Assembly (NCBI GenBank): GCA_965208575.1
Contig: CBDBOV010000003.1
Location: 576,001 to 640,000 of the forward strand
Direction: 5' to 3'
DNA: 64,000 bases
Source: Spirochaetia bacterium
Lineage (GTDB): Bacteria > Spirochaetota > Spirochaetia > SZUA-6 > Bin103
The notes beneath the pieces are model-generated. The model ran no database searches and was not told where the DNA came from. It saw only the letters and a list, made by a program, of their open reading frames with translations. How positions within the stretch are numbered: the first letter of the stretch is position 1; every line of letters starts with the position of its first letter. The translations under genes and the position numbers were made by a program. Shown in pieces: positions 28,763 to 40,328 of the stretch.

Positions 28763-28822
28763 GTGGCAATCTTGCTGCTGCGCGGTTATATCCGGGGCCG
28801 GCGCCGGCACGTGCTGCGATGA
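28763..28822 (+). pseudogene. Diverged copy of the last 20 codons of the livK-livH gene
   Basis: VAILLLRGYIRGRRRHVLR* versus VAILLLRSYLLARRRQVLK*; 44/60 nt identical; its TGA overlaps the ATG of the next gene. Confidence 0.85.
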
Positions 28823-29895
28823 GTGCCGCCGCCAACGCCCGCCGGGGGGAGAGCGTGCGCGGCGGCCCGCTGTCGGGAGCCGGGCCGCGGCGGCTGGGCC
28901 TGGTGGTGCTGGCCGCCGCGGCGGTCGCCGCACCGTTCGCCGCGCCGGGGTTGCAGTCGCAGATGGCGGTGCTGTGGGTGATGGTGGTGCTGGCGCTGAC
29001 CTGGGACGTGGTGGGCGGCCAGATGGGCTATAACTCGTTCGGCAACATCGTGTTCTTCGGCGCCGGCATGTACGCGAGCGCGGTGGTGCAGCGCGCCCTG
29101 TGGTTCAGCGCACAGGACTACGCCGCCATCGCCGGCGGCGCGGCGGCGCACCTGGCGCCGGCGCAGTACCTCGGCGGGCTGGGCCTGGGGCTGGCCTGCG
29201 CGGCGCTGGTGGCGGTACTGATCGCGCTGCCGCTCGGCGCCAGCATTCTGCGCCTGCGCGGCCACTACTTCGCCATCTGCACCCTTGGTCTGGGCGTGGC
29301 GGCGGGCGAGATAGCCAGCGCCTGGGACTGGCTCGGCGCCGGGGCCGGGCTGGTCACGCCGTTGTTCCCGGAGCAACTGGGAGGCCGCAACCGCTTCTTC
29401 TGCTTCTACTTCCTGGCGCTGGCCGGCGCCTGCTTCACGGTGCTGAAACTGCTGTACCGGTGCCGCTTCGGACTGCTGATCAACGCCATCCGCGACGACG
29501 AGGACAAGGCGGAGGCGATGGGCCTGCCGACCATCCGCGCCAAGGTGGCGGCCTGGTCGGTGGCGGCGTTCTTCCTGGCGCTGGCCGGCGGCGCCTACGG
29601 CAACTTCATCGGCTTCATCGATCCGCTCGACATCGCGTTCTCCGGGGCCACCTTCGGCGTGTGGATGATCCTGATGGCAATCATGGGCGGCCGCGGCACG
29701 CTGTGGGGGCCGATCCTGGGCGCTATGGTGTTTCACGTCACCCAGGAGCTGTTCTGGACCTTCCTGCTCGGCTGGCACCGGGTTGCCATGGGGCTGCTGA
29801 TCGTCGTGATCGTGACCTTCCTGCCGGATGGCATTCTGGGCTGGTTCCGGGAGCGGCGCGGCGGCACGGCGCTGGCCGAGGGGCGCGGCGCATGA
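28819..29895 (+). CDS. HAAT ABC permease (LivM-like)
   Basis: GQMGYNSFG, LRLRGHYFAICTL, AIRDDEDKAEAMG and GGRGTLWGPILGA motifs. Confidence 0.9.
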   Translation: MSAAANARRGESVRGGPLSGAGPRRLGLVVLAAAAVAAPFAAPGLQSQMAVLWVMVVLALTWDVVGGQMGYNSFGNIVFFGAGMYASAVVQRALWFSAQDYAAIAGGAAAHLAPAQYLGGLGLGLACAALVAVLIALPLGASILRLRGHYFAICTLGLGVAAGEIASAWDWLGAGAGLVTPLFPEQLGGRNRFFCFYFLALAGACFTVLKLLYRCRFGLLINAIRDDEDKAEAMGLPTIRAKVAAWSVAAFFLALAGGAYGNFIGFIDPLDIAFSGATFGVWMILMAIMGGRGTLWGPILGAMVFHVTQELFWTFLLGWHRVAMGLLIVVIVTFLPDGILGWFRERRGGTALAEGRGA

Positions 29896-30635
29896 ACGCC
29901 CTGCTCCGGGTCGACCGGGTGAGCAAGTCGTTCGGCGGGGTAACGGCCAACCGGGAGATCAGTCTGAGCGTCCCGCCCGGCGCCGTGCACGGCCTGATCG
30001 GCCCCAACGGCTCCGGCAAGACCACCCTGTTCAACAGCATCGTCGGCCACCACCCGGTGGACGCCGGTTCGGTGGCGTTCGACGGCACCCGCATCGAGCG
30101 CATGACGGTGCCGCGCATCGCCCGCCTCGGCCTGCTGCGCACCTTCCAGCAGACCCGCGTGTACGGCGCCATGAGTTGCGTCGAGAACATGCAGGTCAGC
30201 GCGCCGCACCGCACCGCGCACGGCGGCCTGCTGCTGCGCCGGGTACCGGCGGCGGTCACCGAGCGGGCGGAAGAGCTACTGGAATTCGTCGGCCTCGATG
30301 CCCTGCGTCACCATCGCGCCGGCAGCCTGTCGTTCGGGCAGCAGAAGCTGCTGGAGTTCGCCATGGCGCTGATGTTCCGGCCCAAGATGCTGCTGCTGGA
30401 CGAACCCACGGCGGGCATCAACCCCACCCTGATCAACGGCATGATCGACCGCCTGGTGCGCGCCAACGCCGAGCTGGGGGTGACCCTGCTGGTGATCGAG
30501 CACAACATGCGGGTGGTGATGAGCCTGGCCACCCACATCTACTGCCTGGCGCACGGCCGCCTGCTGGCCGCGGGGGCGCCCGACGAGGTGCGCAGCGACC
30601 CGCGCGTGGTCGAGGCGTACCTGGGAGGCGGGTGA
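29892..30635 (+). CDS. HAAT ABC ATPase (LivG-like)
   Basis: GPNGSGKTT, RTFQ, LSFGQQK, LDEPTAG, IEHNM and VVEAYLG motifs. Confidence 0.92.
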   Translation: MNALLRVDRVSKSFGGVTANREISLSVPPGAVHGLIGPNGSGKTTLFNSIVGHHPVDAGSVAFDGTRIERMTVPRIARLGLLRTFQQTRVYGAMSCVENMQVSAPHRTAHGGLLLRRVPAAVTERAEELLEFVGLDALRHHRAGSLSFGQQKLLEFAMALMFRPKMLLLDEPTAGINPTLINGMIDRLVRANAELGVTLLVIEHNMRVVMSLATHIYCLAHGRLLAAGAPDEVRSDPRVVEAYLGGG

Positions 30636-31501
30636 TGGCCGGCGGGGAGCCGGGCGGCGCGATTTCCGGCTACGGCGGCGGCGAGCTGGGCGCGGCCATC
30701 TCGGTGGAGCAGGTGGCGCGCGAGAGTGCGTCGCTGCTGGAAGGAGGCGTGCCGCACGAGCGGCTGGCGGAGCTGGCCGGCGGCGACGACTACCTGCGCA
30801 TCGACGGCCTGGTGGCCGGCTACGGGCGCATGCAGATCCTGCACGGCCTGAACCTGCAGGTAGGGCGCGGCCAGTCGCTGTGCCTGATCGGCCCCAACGG
30901 CGCCGGCAAGTCCACCGTGCTGCACGCCATCTACGGCCTCAACACGATCACCGGCGGCACCATCCGCAAGGAGGGCCGCGACATCACCCGCATGCACTCC
31001 GCCGACAAGCTCAGGCAGGCGGGCATCGCCTACATTCTGCAGGACAACTCGGTGTTCCCGGACATGACGGTGGAAGAGAACCTGCAGATGGGAGCGTTCC
31101 TGATGCGCGACAAGGCCGCGGTGCGGGACGCCGTTGCCGGGGTGCTGGACCGCTACCCGCGCCTGGCCGAGCGCCGCGCGCAGCCGGCGCGGGTGCTGTC
31201 GGGCGGCGAGCGCCGCCTGCTGGAGATCTCCCGCGCCCTGGTGATGGATCCCGACGTGCTGCTGGTGGACGAGCCGTCGATCGGCCTGGAGCCGCGCTTC
31301 ATCGACATGGTGTTCGAGATCCTGGTCGACCTGCGCGACCGCGAACGCAAGACCATCGTGATGGTGGAGCAGAACGCGCGCAAGGGCCTGCAGTTCGCCG
31401 ACCTCGGCTACGTGCTGGTGGCCGGCAGCCTGGCCCTGGCCGGCAGCGGCGCGGAACTGCTCGAAGACCCGCGCGTCGGCCGCCTGTTCCTCGGCGGCTG
31501 A
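30635..31501 (+). CDS. HAAT ABC ATPase (LivF-like)
   Basis: GPNGAGKST, LSGGE, DEPSIGL and VEQNA motifs. Confidence 0.92.
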   Translation: MAGGEPGGAISGYGGGELGAAISVEQVARESASLLEGGVPHERLAELAGGDDYLRIDGLVAGYGRMQILHGLNLQVGRGQSLCLIGPNGAGKSTVLHAIYGLNTITGGTIRKEGRDITRMHSADKLRQAGIAYILQDNSVFPDMTVEENLQMGAFLMRDKAAVRDAVAGVLDRYPRLAERRAQPARVLSGGERRLLEISRALVMDPDVLLVDEPSIGLEPRFIDMVFEILVDLRDRERKTIVMVEQNARKGLQFADLGYVLVAGSLALAGSGAELLEDPRVGRLFLGG

Positions 31502-31514
31502 ACGACCGGGCAAG

Positions 31515-31559
31515 AAAAAGACCCGCCACGGCCACCTTGGAAGGGGCCGCAGCGGGTCT
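31515..31559 (-). terminator. Rho-independent terminator after the BMP gene
   Basis: Minus-strand stem agacccgc...gcgggtct running into a T tract, between convergent genes. Confidence 0.7.
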
Positions 31560-31585
31560 GCCTGCGCCTGCGGAGGCCGGGCGCG

Positions 31586-32653
31586 TTATTCGGGCAGCTT
31601 GTCGTCGACGCCCTGCACGTACCAGTTCATGCCGAGCAGCGTGCCGTCGTCGAGCACCTCGCCCGCGCCGATCACCATGTCGCCGTCCTGGTTGTAGATC
31701 GGGCCCTTGAACGGGTGCAGCTCGCCGGAGGCGATCGCCGCTTCCGTCTCGCGCGCCAGCGCGGCCACTTCCTCGGGCATGTTCAGGTACTCGGACATGC
31801 GCACCATGCCCGGCGCGATGCCGTCCCAGGTGTCGGTGGACTCCCAGGTGCCGTCCAGCACCGCGCGGGTGCGTTCAACGTAGTAGGGCGCCCACTCGTC
31901 GATAATCGACGTGAGTTGCGCATTGGGAGCGAAGTGGTGCATGTCGGAGGCCTGGCCGAAGCCGACCACGCCCTGCTCCTCGGCGATCTGCAGCGGCGCC
32001 GTGGAGTCGGTGTGCTGCGTGATGATGTCGGCGCCCTGGCCGATCAGCACCTTGGCGGCGTCCGCCTCCTTGCCGGGATCGAACCAGGTGTTGACCCAGA
32101 TCACCTTGAGCTTGAAGTCGGGGTTGATGGTCTGCGCACCGAGCAGGAACGAGTTGATGCCGCGCACCACCTCGGGAATCGGGAACGACGCGATGTAGCC
32201 GGCCACGCCGGCCTCCGACATCTGCGCGGCGATCTGGCCGATGATGTAGCGGCCCTCGTAGAAGCGGGCCGAGTAGATCGACACGTTGTCGGCGCGCTTG
32301 TAGCCGGTGGCGTGCTCGAACTTCACGTCCGGGAAGCGCTCGGCCACCTTGACGGTCGGGTCCATGAAGCCGAACGAAGTGGTGAAGATCAGGCCGGCGC
32401 CCTGGCGCGCGAGGCGGGTGATGGCGCGTTCGGCGTCGGGTCCCTCGGCGACGTTCTCGACGTACACCGTCTCCACGTGGTCGCCGAATTCCTCCTCCAC
32501 GGCCAGCAGGCCCTGGTGGTGCTGGTAGGTCCAGCCGTGGTCGCCGATCGGGCCGACGTAGACGAAGCCCACCTTCAGCTTGTCGCCGAAGGCGAAGGTC
32601 GAGATCGACAGCAGCAGCGCAAGGCTGACGATCAGCGCGAATGCCTTTCTCAT
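31586..32653 (-). CDS. BMP-family purine/nucleoside ABC substrate-binding protein
   Basis: KVGFVYVGPIGDHGW, FTTSFGF, FEHATG, PIPEVVRGIN, WFDPGKE and QHTDS motifs. Confidence 0.92.
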   Translation of the reverse strand: MRKAFALIVSLALLLSISTFAFGDKLKVGFVYVGPIGDHGWTYQHHQGLLAVEEEFGDHVETVYVENVAEGPDAERAITRLARQGAGLIFTTSFGFMDPTVKVAERFPDVKFEHATGYKRADNVSIYSARFYEGRYIIGQIAAQMSEAGVAGYIASFPIPEVVRGINSFLLGAQTINPDFKLKVIWVNTWFDPGKEADAAKVLIGQGADIITQHTDSTAPLQIAEEQGVVGFGQASDMHHFAPNAQLTSIIDEWAPYYVERTRAVLDGTWESTDTWDGIAPGMVRMSEYLNMPEEVAALARETEAAIASGELHPFKGPIYNQDGDMVIGAGEVLDDGTLLGMNWYVQGVDDKLPE

Positions 32654-32715
32654 GAGGTCACTCCTTGGTGTGATGAAAGATGGATGTGGCCGAACTCTCA
32701 GCGCCTGCGGGCCGG

Positions 32716-32809
32716 CGAGCGGACCAGAACGAATGACACCACGAGTGTCCCGCTTGGTCAAGCCGCGCCGCAAGGGCGACGCTGTTGGCGACGGAGTGTC
32801 CAGATACGA
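32716..32809 (-). pseudogene. Decayed copy of the 3' end of the adjacent permease gene
   Basis: SYLDT...RGLTKRDT..LVVSFVLVR versus PYLAT...RLLTRKNT..LGLPFVPDR*; the last 30 nt are 22/30 identical. Confidence 0.6.
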
Positions 32810-32842
32810 ACCGGCGGGCGGCAGCGGCACGTGCCGCCAACG

Positions 32843-33772
32843 CTAACGGTCCGGCACGAATGGCAGCCCGAGGCAGGCCGGGGTGTTCTTCCTGGTGAGC
32901 AGGCGGTTGCCGGAGATCAGCACCAGCGCGGCGATGGTGGCCAGGTAGGGCAGCGAGGAGAGCAGTTGCGGCGGAATGCCGATGCCCACCCCCTGCGCGT
33001 ACAGGCCCATGATCCACACGGTGCCGAACAGGTAGGCGCCGATCGCGACCCGGCGCGGCGCCCAGGTGGAGAACACCACCAGTGCCAGGGCGATCCAGCC
33101 GCGTCCCGCGGTCATGTTTTCGATCCACTGCGGCGTGTACACCAGGGACAGGTAGCCGCCGGCCAGCCCGGCGCAGGCGCCGCCGAACGCGATGCAGGCG
33201 TAGCGTACCGCGATCACGCGGTAGCCGAGCGCGTGCGCGGAGTGGTGGTTGCCGCCGGTGGCGCGGATCACCAGCCCGACCCGGGTGCGCGCCAGGGTCC
33301 AGGCCACCAGCACCGTGATCGCCACCGAGGCGTACACCAGCGGATCCTGGCCGAACACCACCGGCCCGATGAGCGGGATGTCGGACAGTACCGGAACGTG
33401 CAGGCGTTGCATTTTGGCAGCGTCCGGCAACGGCAGACCGGTGAAGTTTTCGCCGATCAGGCCGGACAGGCCCAGCCCGAACAGCGTCAGCGCCAACCCG
33501 GTAGCGACCTGATTGGTCACCAGCGTCTGGGTGAGATACGCGAACAGCAGCGCGACCGCCACCCCCATGACGATCGCCGCCGCTACCCCGGCCACGGCGG
33601 ATCCGAGCGTGTGGGCGGCGGCGAATCCGCTCACCGCGCCGATGATCATCATCCCCTCGACTCCGAGATTCAGCACCCCCGAACGCTCCGTCACCAGCTC
33701 GCCAACGGCGGCCAGCAGCAACGGCGTCGCGGCCGTGATGATGGTCAGCAGCACCGCCTCCAGTCCGGTCAT
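32843..33772 (-). CDS. Nucleoside ABC permease II
   Basis: ERSGVLNLGVEG, NQVATG, GRGWIALA and LPYLAT motifs. Confidence 0.9.
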   Translation of the reverse strand: MTGLEAVLLTIITAATPLLLAAVGELVTERSGVLNLGVEGMMIIGAVSGFAAAHTLGSAVAGVAAAIVMGVAVALLFAYLTQTLVTNQVATGLALTLFGLGLSGLIGENFTGLPLPDAAKMQRLHVPVLSDIPLIGPVVFGQDPLVYASVAITVLVAWTLARTRVGLVIRATGGNHHSAHALGYRVIAVRYACIAFGGACAGLAGGYLSLVYTPQWIENMTAGRGWIALALVVFSTWAPRRVAIGAYLFGTVWIMGLYAQGVGIGIPPQLLSSLPYLATIAALVLISGNRLLTRKNTPACLGLPFVPDR

Positions 33773-34854
33773 CGGGCAACCCCCGCGGCCGCCCGCGTGC
33801 CGCGCTGTACCCGGATGCGGTAGCGGATCAGGGTGTCGCTGGCCAGGATGAAGAACAGCAGGGTGCCCTGGAACACTTGCGCGGTCTTGTCGGACAGGCC
33901 GAGTTCGATCTGCGCTCCCTCGCCGCCCAGGTAGCTGATCGCCAGGATGATGCCGGCGAACAGGACGCCGAGCGGGTTGAGCCGGCCGAGGAACGCCACG
34001 ATGATGGCGGTGAAGCCGTAGCCGGGCGAGATGACCGGCTGCAACTGCCCGACCGGGCCGGCGATCTCGCCGATGCCGGCCAGTCCGGCCAGCCCGCCGG
34101 AAAGGGCCAGGCAGAACCAGACGGTGCGCCGGCGCGAGAACCCGCCGAAGCCGCTGGCGCGCGGGGCGGCGCCGCTCACCACTACCTCGAACCCCTTGAG
34201 GGTGCGCGCCATGAACAGGAACAGCACTCCCACCGCCAGCACCGCGAACGCGCCGCCCAGGTGCACCCGGCTGTAGCCGAGCGTCGGCAGCAGTTGAAAC
34301 CCCTCCAGCGCGACCGACTCCGGGAAGTTGTAGCCTTCCGGGTCGCGCCACGGCCCGCGCACCAGCCAGTCGAGCAGCAGTTGCGCCACGTACACGAGCA
34401 TCAGGCTGGTCAGAATCTCGTTGGCGCCGAAGCGGTTGCGCAAGAACGCCGGAATCGCTGCCCAAGCGATGCCGCCGGCGATGCCGAGCAGCATCATCAG
34501 CGGCAGCGCCAGCGGCGACTGCCACTGGCTGGCCAGGATCGGGATGGCGGCGCCGGCGATGGCGCCGAGCGTGAGCTGGCCCTCGGCGCCGATGTTCCAG
34601 ACGTTGGCCCGGAAGCACACCGCCAGCCCGGCGCCGATCAGCACCAGCGGCGTGGCCTTCACCACCAGCTCCTCAATCGACCACAGGGAAGCCACCGGCT
34701 CGATGAAGTAGACGTACAGCCCGCGCCAGGGGTCGACGCCGCGCGCCGCGAACAGGATGGCGCCGACGATCACCATGAGCAGGATCGCCAGCAGGGGCGA
34801 AACCACCGTCATCACCCGGCTCGGCTGCGGGCGCTGCTCGAACAGCAGTTTCAC
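33769..34854 (-). CDS. Nucleoside ABC permease I
   Basis: NIGAEGQ, NEILTSLML and GYGFTAIIVAFLGRLNP motifs. Confidence 0.9.
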   Translation of the reverse strand: MKLLFEQRPQPSRVMTVVSPLLAILLMVIVGAILFAARGVDPWRGLYVYFIEPVASLWSIEELVVKATPLVLIGAGLAVCFRANVWNIGAEGQLTLGAIAGAAIPILASQWQSPLALPLMMLLGIAGGIAWAAIPAFLRNRFGANEILTSLMLVYVAQLLLDWLVRGPWRDPEGYNFPESVALEGFQLLPTLGYSRVHLGGAFAVLAVGVLFLFMARTLKGFEVVVSGAAPRASGFGGFSRRRTVWFCLALSGGLAGLAGIGEIAGPVGQLQPVISPGYGFTAIIVAFLGRLNPLGVLFAGIILAISYLGGEGAQIELGLSDKTAQVFQGTLLFFILASDTLIRYRIRVQRGTRAAAGVAR

Positions 34855-34968
34855 GCCGGGACCTCCCGGTCCGCCGGGACCTCCGGGTCCGCCGGGACCT
34901 CCGGGTCCGCCGGCACCACCCGGTTGCCCGCGCTCTCATGGGCACCTGCCATCAGGAGGCCGATCCGG
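34851..34968 (-). pseudogene. Diverged copy of the ATPase 3' end carrying an 18-bp tandem repeat
   Basis: 34908-34968 versus 35006-35066: 7 mismatches in 61 nt, 5 synonymous. Reads RIGLLMAGAHESAGNRVVPA-DPEVPA-DPEVPA-DREVPA*, with its stop overlapping the permease GTG. Confidence 0.9.
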
Positions 34969-35002
34969 CGGCTCGGCCGCGGGCGTTGCGTGAACGGAAG
35001 CG

Positions 35003-36559
<1,557 letters not shown>

Positions 36560-36624
36560 CGTTCCTCCTCCGCTGAGCCGGTGTACCGGTGTGCCGGTCG
36601 GGAACCGCGCCCTCTGTTGCCGGA

Positions 36625-37449
36625 TCAGGCGCCCGCGGCGTCGCGGCGAAATGCCCAGCCGGTGAGGCGCCGCTCAAGCCAGGCGAAGGCAGCATACATG
36701 CCGATTCCCTCCGCCGCCAGCGCAAACAACCCGGCGAACACCAGCGGCACCTCGAAGTTGGCCTGCGCGATCAGCATCATGTGGCCGATGCCGACGTTGG
36801 CGGCAACCGTTTCGGCCACCACCGAGCCCACGAACGCCAGCGTTATCGCGATCTTGAGCGAACCGAAGAAGTAGGGCAGGGCGCGCGGGATGCCCACCTT
36901 GAGCATGATGTCGCGCTTCCTGGCTCCCAGCGCGCGCAGCACGTCCTCCAGTTCCGGCTCCAGTGTCGCCAGGCCGGTGGCGACGTTCACGACGATCGGG
37001 AAGAACGAGATCAGGAACGCGGTCAGGATGGCCGGCGGCGAGCCGATGCCGAACCACAACACCAGGATCGGCACCACCGCCACCTTGGGTACGCAGTTGA
37101 AGCCGATCATCATCGGGTAGAGGCCGTTGTAGATGGTCTTCGACCAGCCGATGATCAGCCCCAGCAACAGCCCGAACCCCACGGCGATGCCGAACCCGGC
37201 CAGCGTCGTCCACAGGGTCTGAATGGAGTTCACCACCAGTGCGCGGCGGAATTCGGCGAAGGTGGCCAGGATCACGGTGGGCGTGGGCAGCACGTAGGCG
37301 GGGATCCGGAACACCCGGCACACCGCTTCCCAGAGCAGGAAACCGCCCAGCGTCATCAGCCAGGGTGAAAGTTTCTCCCGCCAGCGGGCCTGGCCCGCCT
37401 GCGGCGGCGCAACCGCCGCGCCGGTCTGTGCCTCCACGGAGTCGGTCAT
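36625..37449 (-). CDS. NitT/TauT-family ABC permease
   Basis: LPTP, PKVAVVPILVLWFG, FFPIVVN and ALPYFFGSLK motifs. Confidence 0.88.
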   Translation of the reverse strand: MTDSVEAQTGAAVAPPQAGQARWREKLSPWLMTLGGFLLWEAVCRVFRIPAYVLPTPTVILATFAEFRRALVVNSIQTLWTTLAGFGIAVGFGLLLGLIIGWSKTIYNGLYPMMIGFNCVPKVAVVPILVLWFGIGSPPAILTAFLISFFPIVVNVATGLATLEPELEDVLRALGARKRDIMLKVGIPRALPYFFGSLKIAITLAFVGSVVAETVAANVGIGHMMLIAQANFEVPLVFAGLFALAAEGIGMYAAFAWLERRLTGWAFRRDAAGA

Positions 37450-38264
37450 ATCACCCGAAAGCGCGCGATGTGGTCGCGCAGTTCCTGCACGATGGCGACG
37501 AACTCGGGCGAGTAGCAGTCGTCCGGCTCGCGCGGGCGCGGCAGGTCGATCTCGCGGGTCACCTCGATCCGTCCCGGCCGGGCGCTCATCACGTGCACGG
37601 TGTCGGCCAGGAACACCGCCTCGCGCAGGTCGTGGGTGACCAGGATCACGGTGAATCCCTTACGCTGCCACAAGTCGCGCAGCACGCACCACAACTCCTC
37701 GCGCGTGAACGCGTCCAGCGCCGCGAACGGCTCGTCGAGCATCAGCAGGGCGGGCTCGTGAATCAGCGCCCGGCACAGCGACGCGCGCTGCTGCATGCCG
37801 CCGGAGAGCTGCCACGGGTAATGGGCGCCGTAGCCGGACAGGCCCACCAGCGCCAGCAACTCCTCGGCGGCCGCTTCGTACTCCGCGCGCCGCGCGCGCA
37901 GCCGGCGCCGGTGCGGCTGCACGATTTCCAGCGGCAGCAGGACGTTGTCCAGGGTCGACCGCCACAGCAGCAGGGTCGGGTTCTGGAACGCCATGCCGAC
38001 GATTTTCAGCGGGCCGGTCACCGGCTCGCCGGCCACGTACGTATTTCCGGTGCGGGCCGGGAGCAGGCCGGAGGTCAGCTTCATCAGCGTCGACTTGCCG
38101 CACCCGCTCGGCCCGACCACGGCGGCGAACTCGCCGCGCCGCACCTGCAGGTCCAGGCCCTGCAGAACCAGCTCGGCGGAGGCGTCGCCGCCATAGGTCA
38201 GGCTGACATCGCGCAACTCGACGAATGCCTCCGCCTGCGCGTTTGCCGTATCGCCCGCACTCAC
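37446..38264 (-). CDS. NitT/TauT-family ABC ATPase
   Basis: GPSGCGKST, YPWQLSGGMQQR, DEPFAALD and VTHDLREA motifs. Confidence 0.9.
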   Translation of the reverse strand: MSAGDTANAQAEAFVELRDVSLTYGGDASAELVLQGLDLQVRRGEFAAVVGPSGCGKSTLMKLTSGLLPARTGNTYVAGEPVTGPLKIVGMAFQNPTLLLWRSTLDNVLLPLEIVQPHRRRLRARRAEYEAAAEELLALVGLSGYGAHYPWQLSGGMQQRASLCRALIHEPALLMLDEPFAALDAFTREELWCVLRDLWQRKGFTVILVTHDLREAVFLADTVHVMSARPGRIEVTREIDLPRPREPDDCYSPEFVAIVQELRDHIARFRVI

Positions 38265-38271
38265 CGCGGCG

Positions 38272-39303
38272 CTACTGTAGCATACGCTCCGCGGCAGCCG
38301 GCAGATACTCGTTGGTGAACACCTCCTCGGGCGCCGGCGGCGTCCCACTGAACTCGTAGGTCACGCCGATCTGCTCGATCGACGAGGCCAGCCGCGCCAG
38401 GTCGACGCTGCCGAAGCCGTGCTCCTGCACGTACGCCGTGTTCACGTTGTCGGCGATGCTCATCTCCAGGCGCTCCAGCTCCACCGGCTCGCGCGCCACC
38501 AGGTTGCGCTCCAGCACGTGCTTCACGGCAGCGGCGGGATCCGCGACCACATCCTGCCAACCTCTGATGATGGCGCGCACGAAGCCGGACACCGCGTCCG
38601 GGTTGGCGGCGGCGAACTCGGGGTTGACGATCACCGTGTTGCCGTACAATTCGAGCCCGTAGTCGGACATCAGGAACACGCGAATGTCCTCTGCAGCGAC
38701 ACCCTTGGACTTGAGGTTCAGGAACGAGGAGAACGAGTAGCCGGTGATCGCGTCCACCTGGCCCGCCACCAGCATCGGCTCACGCACCGGGAATCCGACG
38801 TTCTCGATGGTCACCTTGCTCGCGTCGATGCCGTTCTCCTTGACGAACGCCTTCCACTGCGCGTAGGCGCCGTCGGGAGCGGGCGCGCCGAGAATGCGTC
38901 CCTCCAGGTCCTTCGGCGTCTCGATACCGGTCTTGGCGAGCGTGACGATGGCGAACGGCGGCGCGTCGTACACCATGAGAATGCCCTTGATGCCGACGTC
39001 CGGATTCTTGTCGTGGAACTTGATCAGCGAGTTGATGTCGGCGAAGCCGAACTGATAGACGCCGCTGGCCACGCGCGGGATCGCCTCCAGCGAGCCCTGG
39101 CCGGTGTCGATGGTGACGTCCAGCCCCTCGTCGGCGAAGTAGCCCTTGTCGAGGGCCAGCAGGTAGGCCGCCGCCGGACCTTCGAACTTCCAGTCGAGCG
39201 AGAACTTGACGTCGAGCCCGTCCGCGCTCACCGCGGCCGCGCCGAGCAACGATGCGCAGGCGACGGCCAGAAAGCCGAGCACCGCGCGCTGAAATGTGTG
39301 CAT
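38272..39303 (-). CDS. NMT1/THI5-like ABC substrate-binding protein
   Basis: FSLDWKFEG, KGYFADEGLDV and YGLELYGN motifs; signal peptide. Confidence 0.88.
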   Translation of the reverse strand: MHTFQRAVLGFLAVACASLLGAAAVSADGLDVKFSLDWKFEGPAAAYLLALDKGYFADEGLDVTIDTGQGSLEAIPRVASGVYQFGFADINSLIKFHDKNPDVGIKGILMVYDAPPFAIVTLAKTGIETPKDLEGRILGAPAPDGAYAQWKAFVKENGIDASKVTIENVGFPVREPMLVAGQVDAITGYSFSSFLNLKSKGVAAEDIRVFLMSDYGLELYGNTVIVNPEFAAANPDAVSGFVRAIIRGWQDVVADPAAAVKHVLERNLVAREPVELERLEMSIADNVNTAYVQEHGFGSVDLARLASSIEQIGVTYEFSGTPPAPEEVFTNEYLPAAAERMLQ

Positions 39304-39419
39304 GAGAATCCTCCTGTGCAGCATTATGCAAGATGCGCGCCAAAAGGAAAGCTCGCGGCTTGGATTCGACAACCGCGTGGCGGTGTGCCAGAATGCCGCC
39401 GCACTGGGGAGGGCCACAC

Positions 39420-40328
39420 ATGGCACAGGTTTCGATAACGATGCTCAACTCGATGGCGGACCGCGACTTCGAGACCGCCCTGGACCGCCACGTGGCGTGG
39501 GAGCTGCGCTACCTGGACGTGAAGGACTCCGTGTTCGGCAAGGGTGTGGCCGACCTCAGCGACGCCGAGGCCCACCGCGCCGCGGAGTTGATCGATGCCC
39601 GCGAGCTTTCGGTGTACTGCATGTCCACGCAACTCTTTCACGGCGACGTGGAGGTGGGCGAGGCGGCGTTCCGTGAGGCGCACCTGGAGCCGCTGGAGCG
39701 CGCCATCGCGGTCGCCCGGATCCTGCGCCCGAACCTGTTCCGGCTGCTGTCGGCGCGCACCACCCTGCGCGGGCAGGTCGCCGACAGCATCGCCTGGCTG
39801 CGCGACCGCCATCCCTGGGTGATGTCCTGCTACCGCGAGGCGGTCGAGCGGCTGGCGGCGGCCGGGCTGCGCGTGACCATCGAGAACGAGTGCCACGCCA
39901 ACATCCTCGCGACCCCGGACGAGGTGGCCGGCTTCTTCGCCGAGCTGGACTGCGGCGACGCGGTCAACCTGACCTGGGACGTGCAGAACATGTGGCAGAT
40001 GGGCACGGTGCCGACCATGGAGGCGTACCGCCGGTTGCGCCCGCTGCTCGCCTACTACCACCTGAAGGGCGGCCAGGCGGCGGCGGGCGGCGACGCCCTG
40101 CACTGGAAGTCGAGCCTCGAGGACGCATCCTGGCCGGTGCGGGAGATAACACGCCAGGTGGTGGCGGACGGCGTCAGCCCGGTGATCTGCCTGAATGGCT
40201 CGCACGGACAGCGCAAACCGGGTTACCCGTACGACGACGTGCTCGCGCGCGACCTTGCGTTCGCAAGGGAAATCGCCGCCGGCGTCGAGACGGCCGGCGG
40301 CGTCGGGACAGCCGGAGGCGCGCGGTGA
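39420..40328 (+). CDS. Sugar phosphate isomerase/epimerase (xylose-isomerase-like TIM barrel)
   Basis: IENE, WDVQN and YYHLKG metal-ligand pattern. Confidence 0.75.
   Translation: MAQVSITMLNSMADRDFETALDRHVAWELRYLDVKDSVFGKGVADLSDAEAHRAAELIDARELSVYCMSTQLFHGDVEVGEAAFREAHLEPLERAIAVARILRPNLFRLLSARTTLRGQVADSIAWLRDRHPWVMSCYREAVERLAAAGLRVTIENECHANILATPDEVAGFFAELDCGDAVNLTWDVQNMWQMGTVPTMEAYRRLRPLLAYYHLKGGQAAAGGDALHWKSSLEDASWPVREITRQVVADGVSPVICLNGSHGQRKPGYPYDDVLARDLAFAREIAAGVETAGGVGTAGGAR

Noticed and set aside
34855-34910. Collagen-like GPPGPP translation or CRISPR-like repeat
   Set aside because: It is an 18-bp tandem repeat with no spacers; the meaningful frame is the minus-strand ATPase echo.
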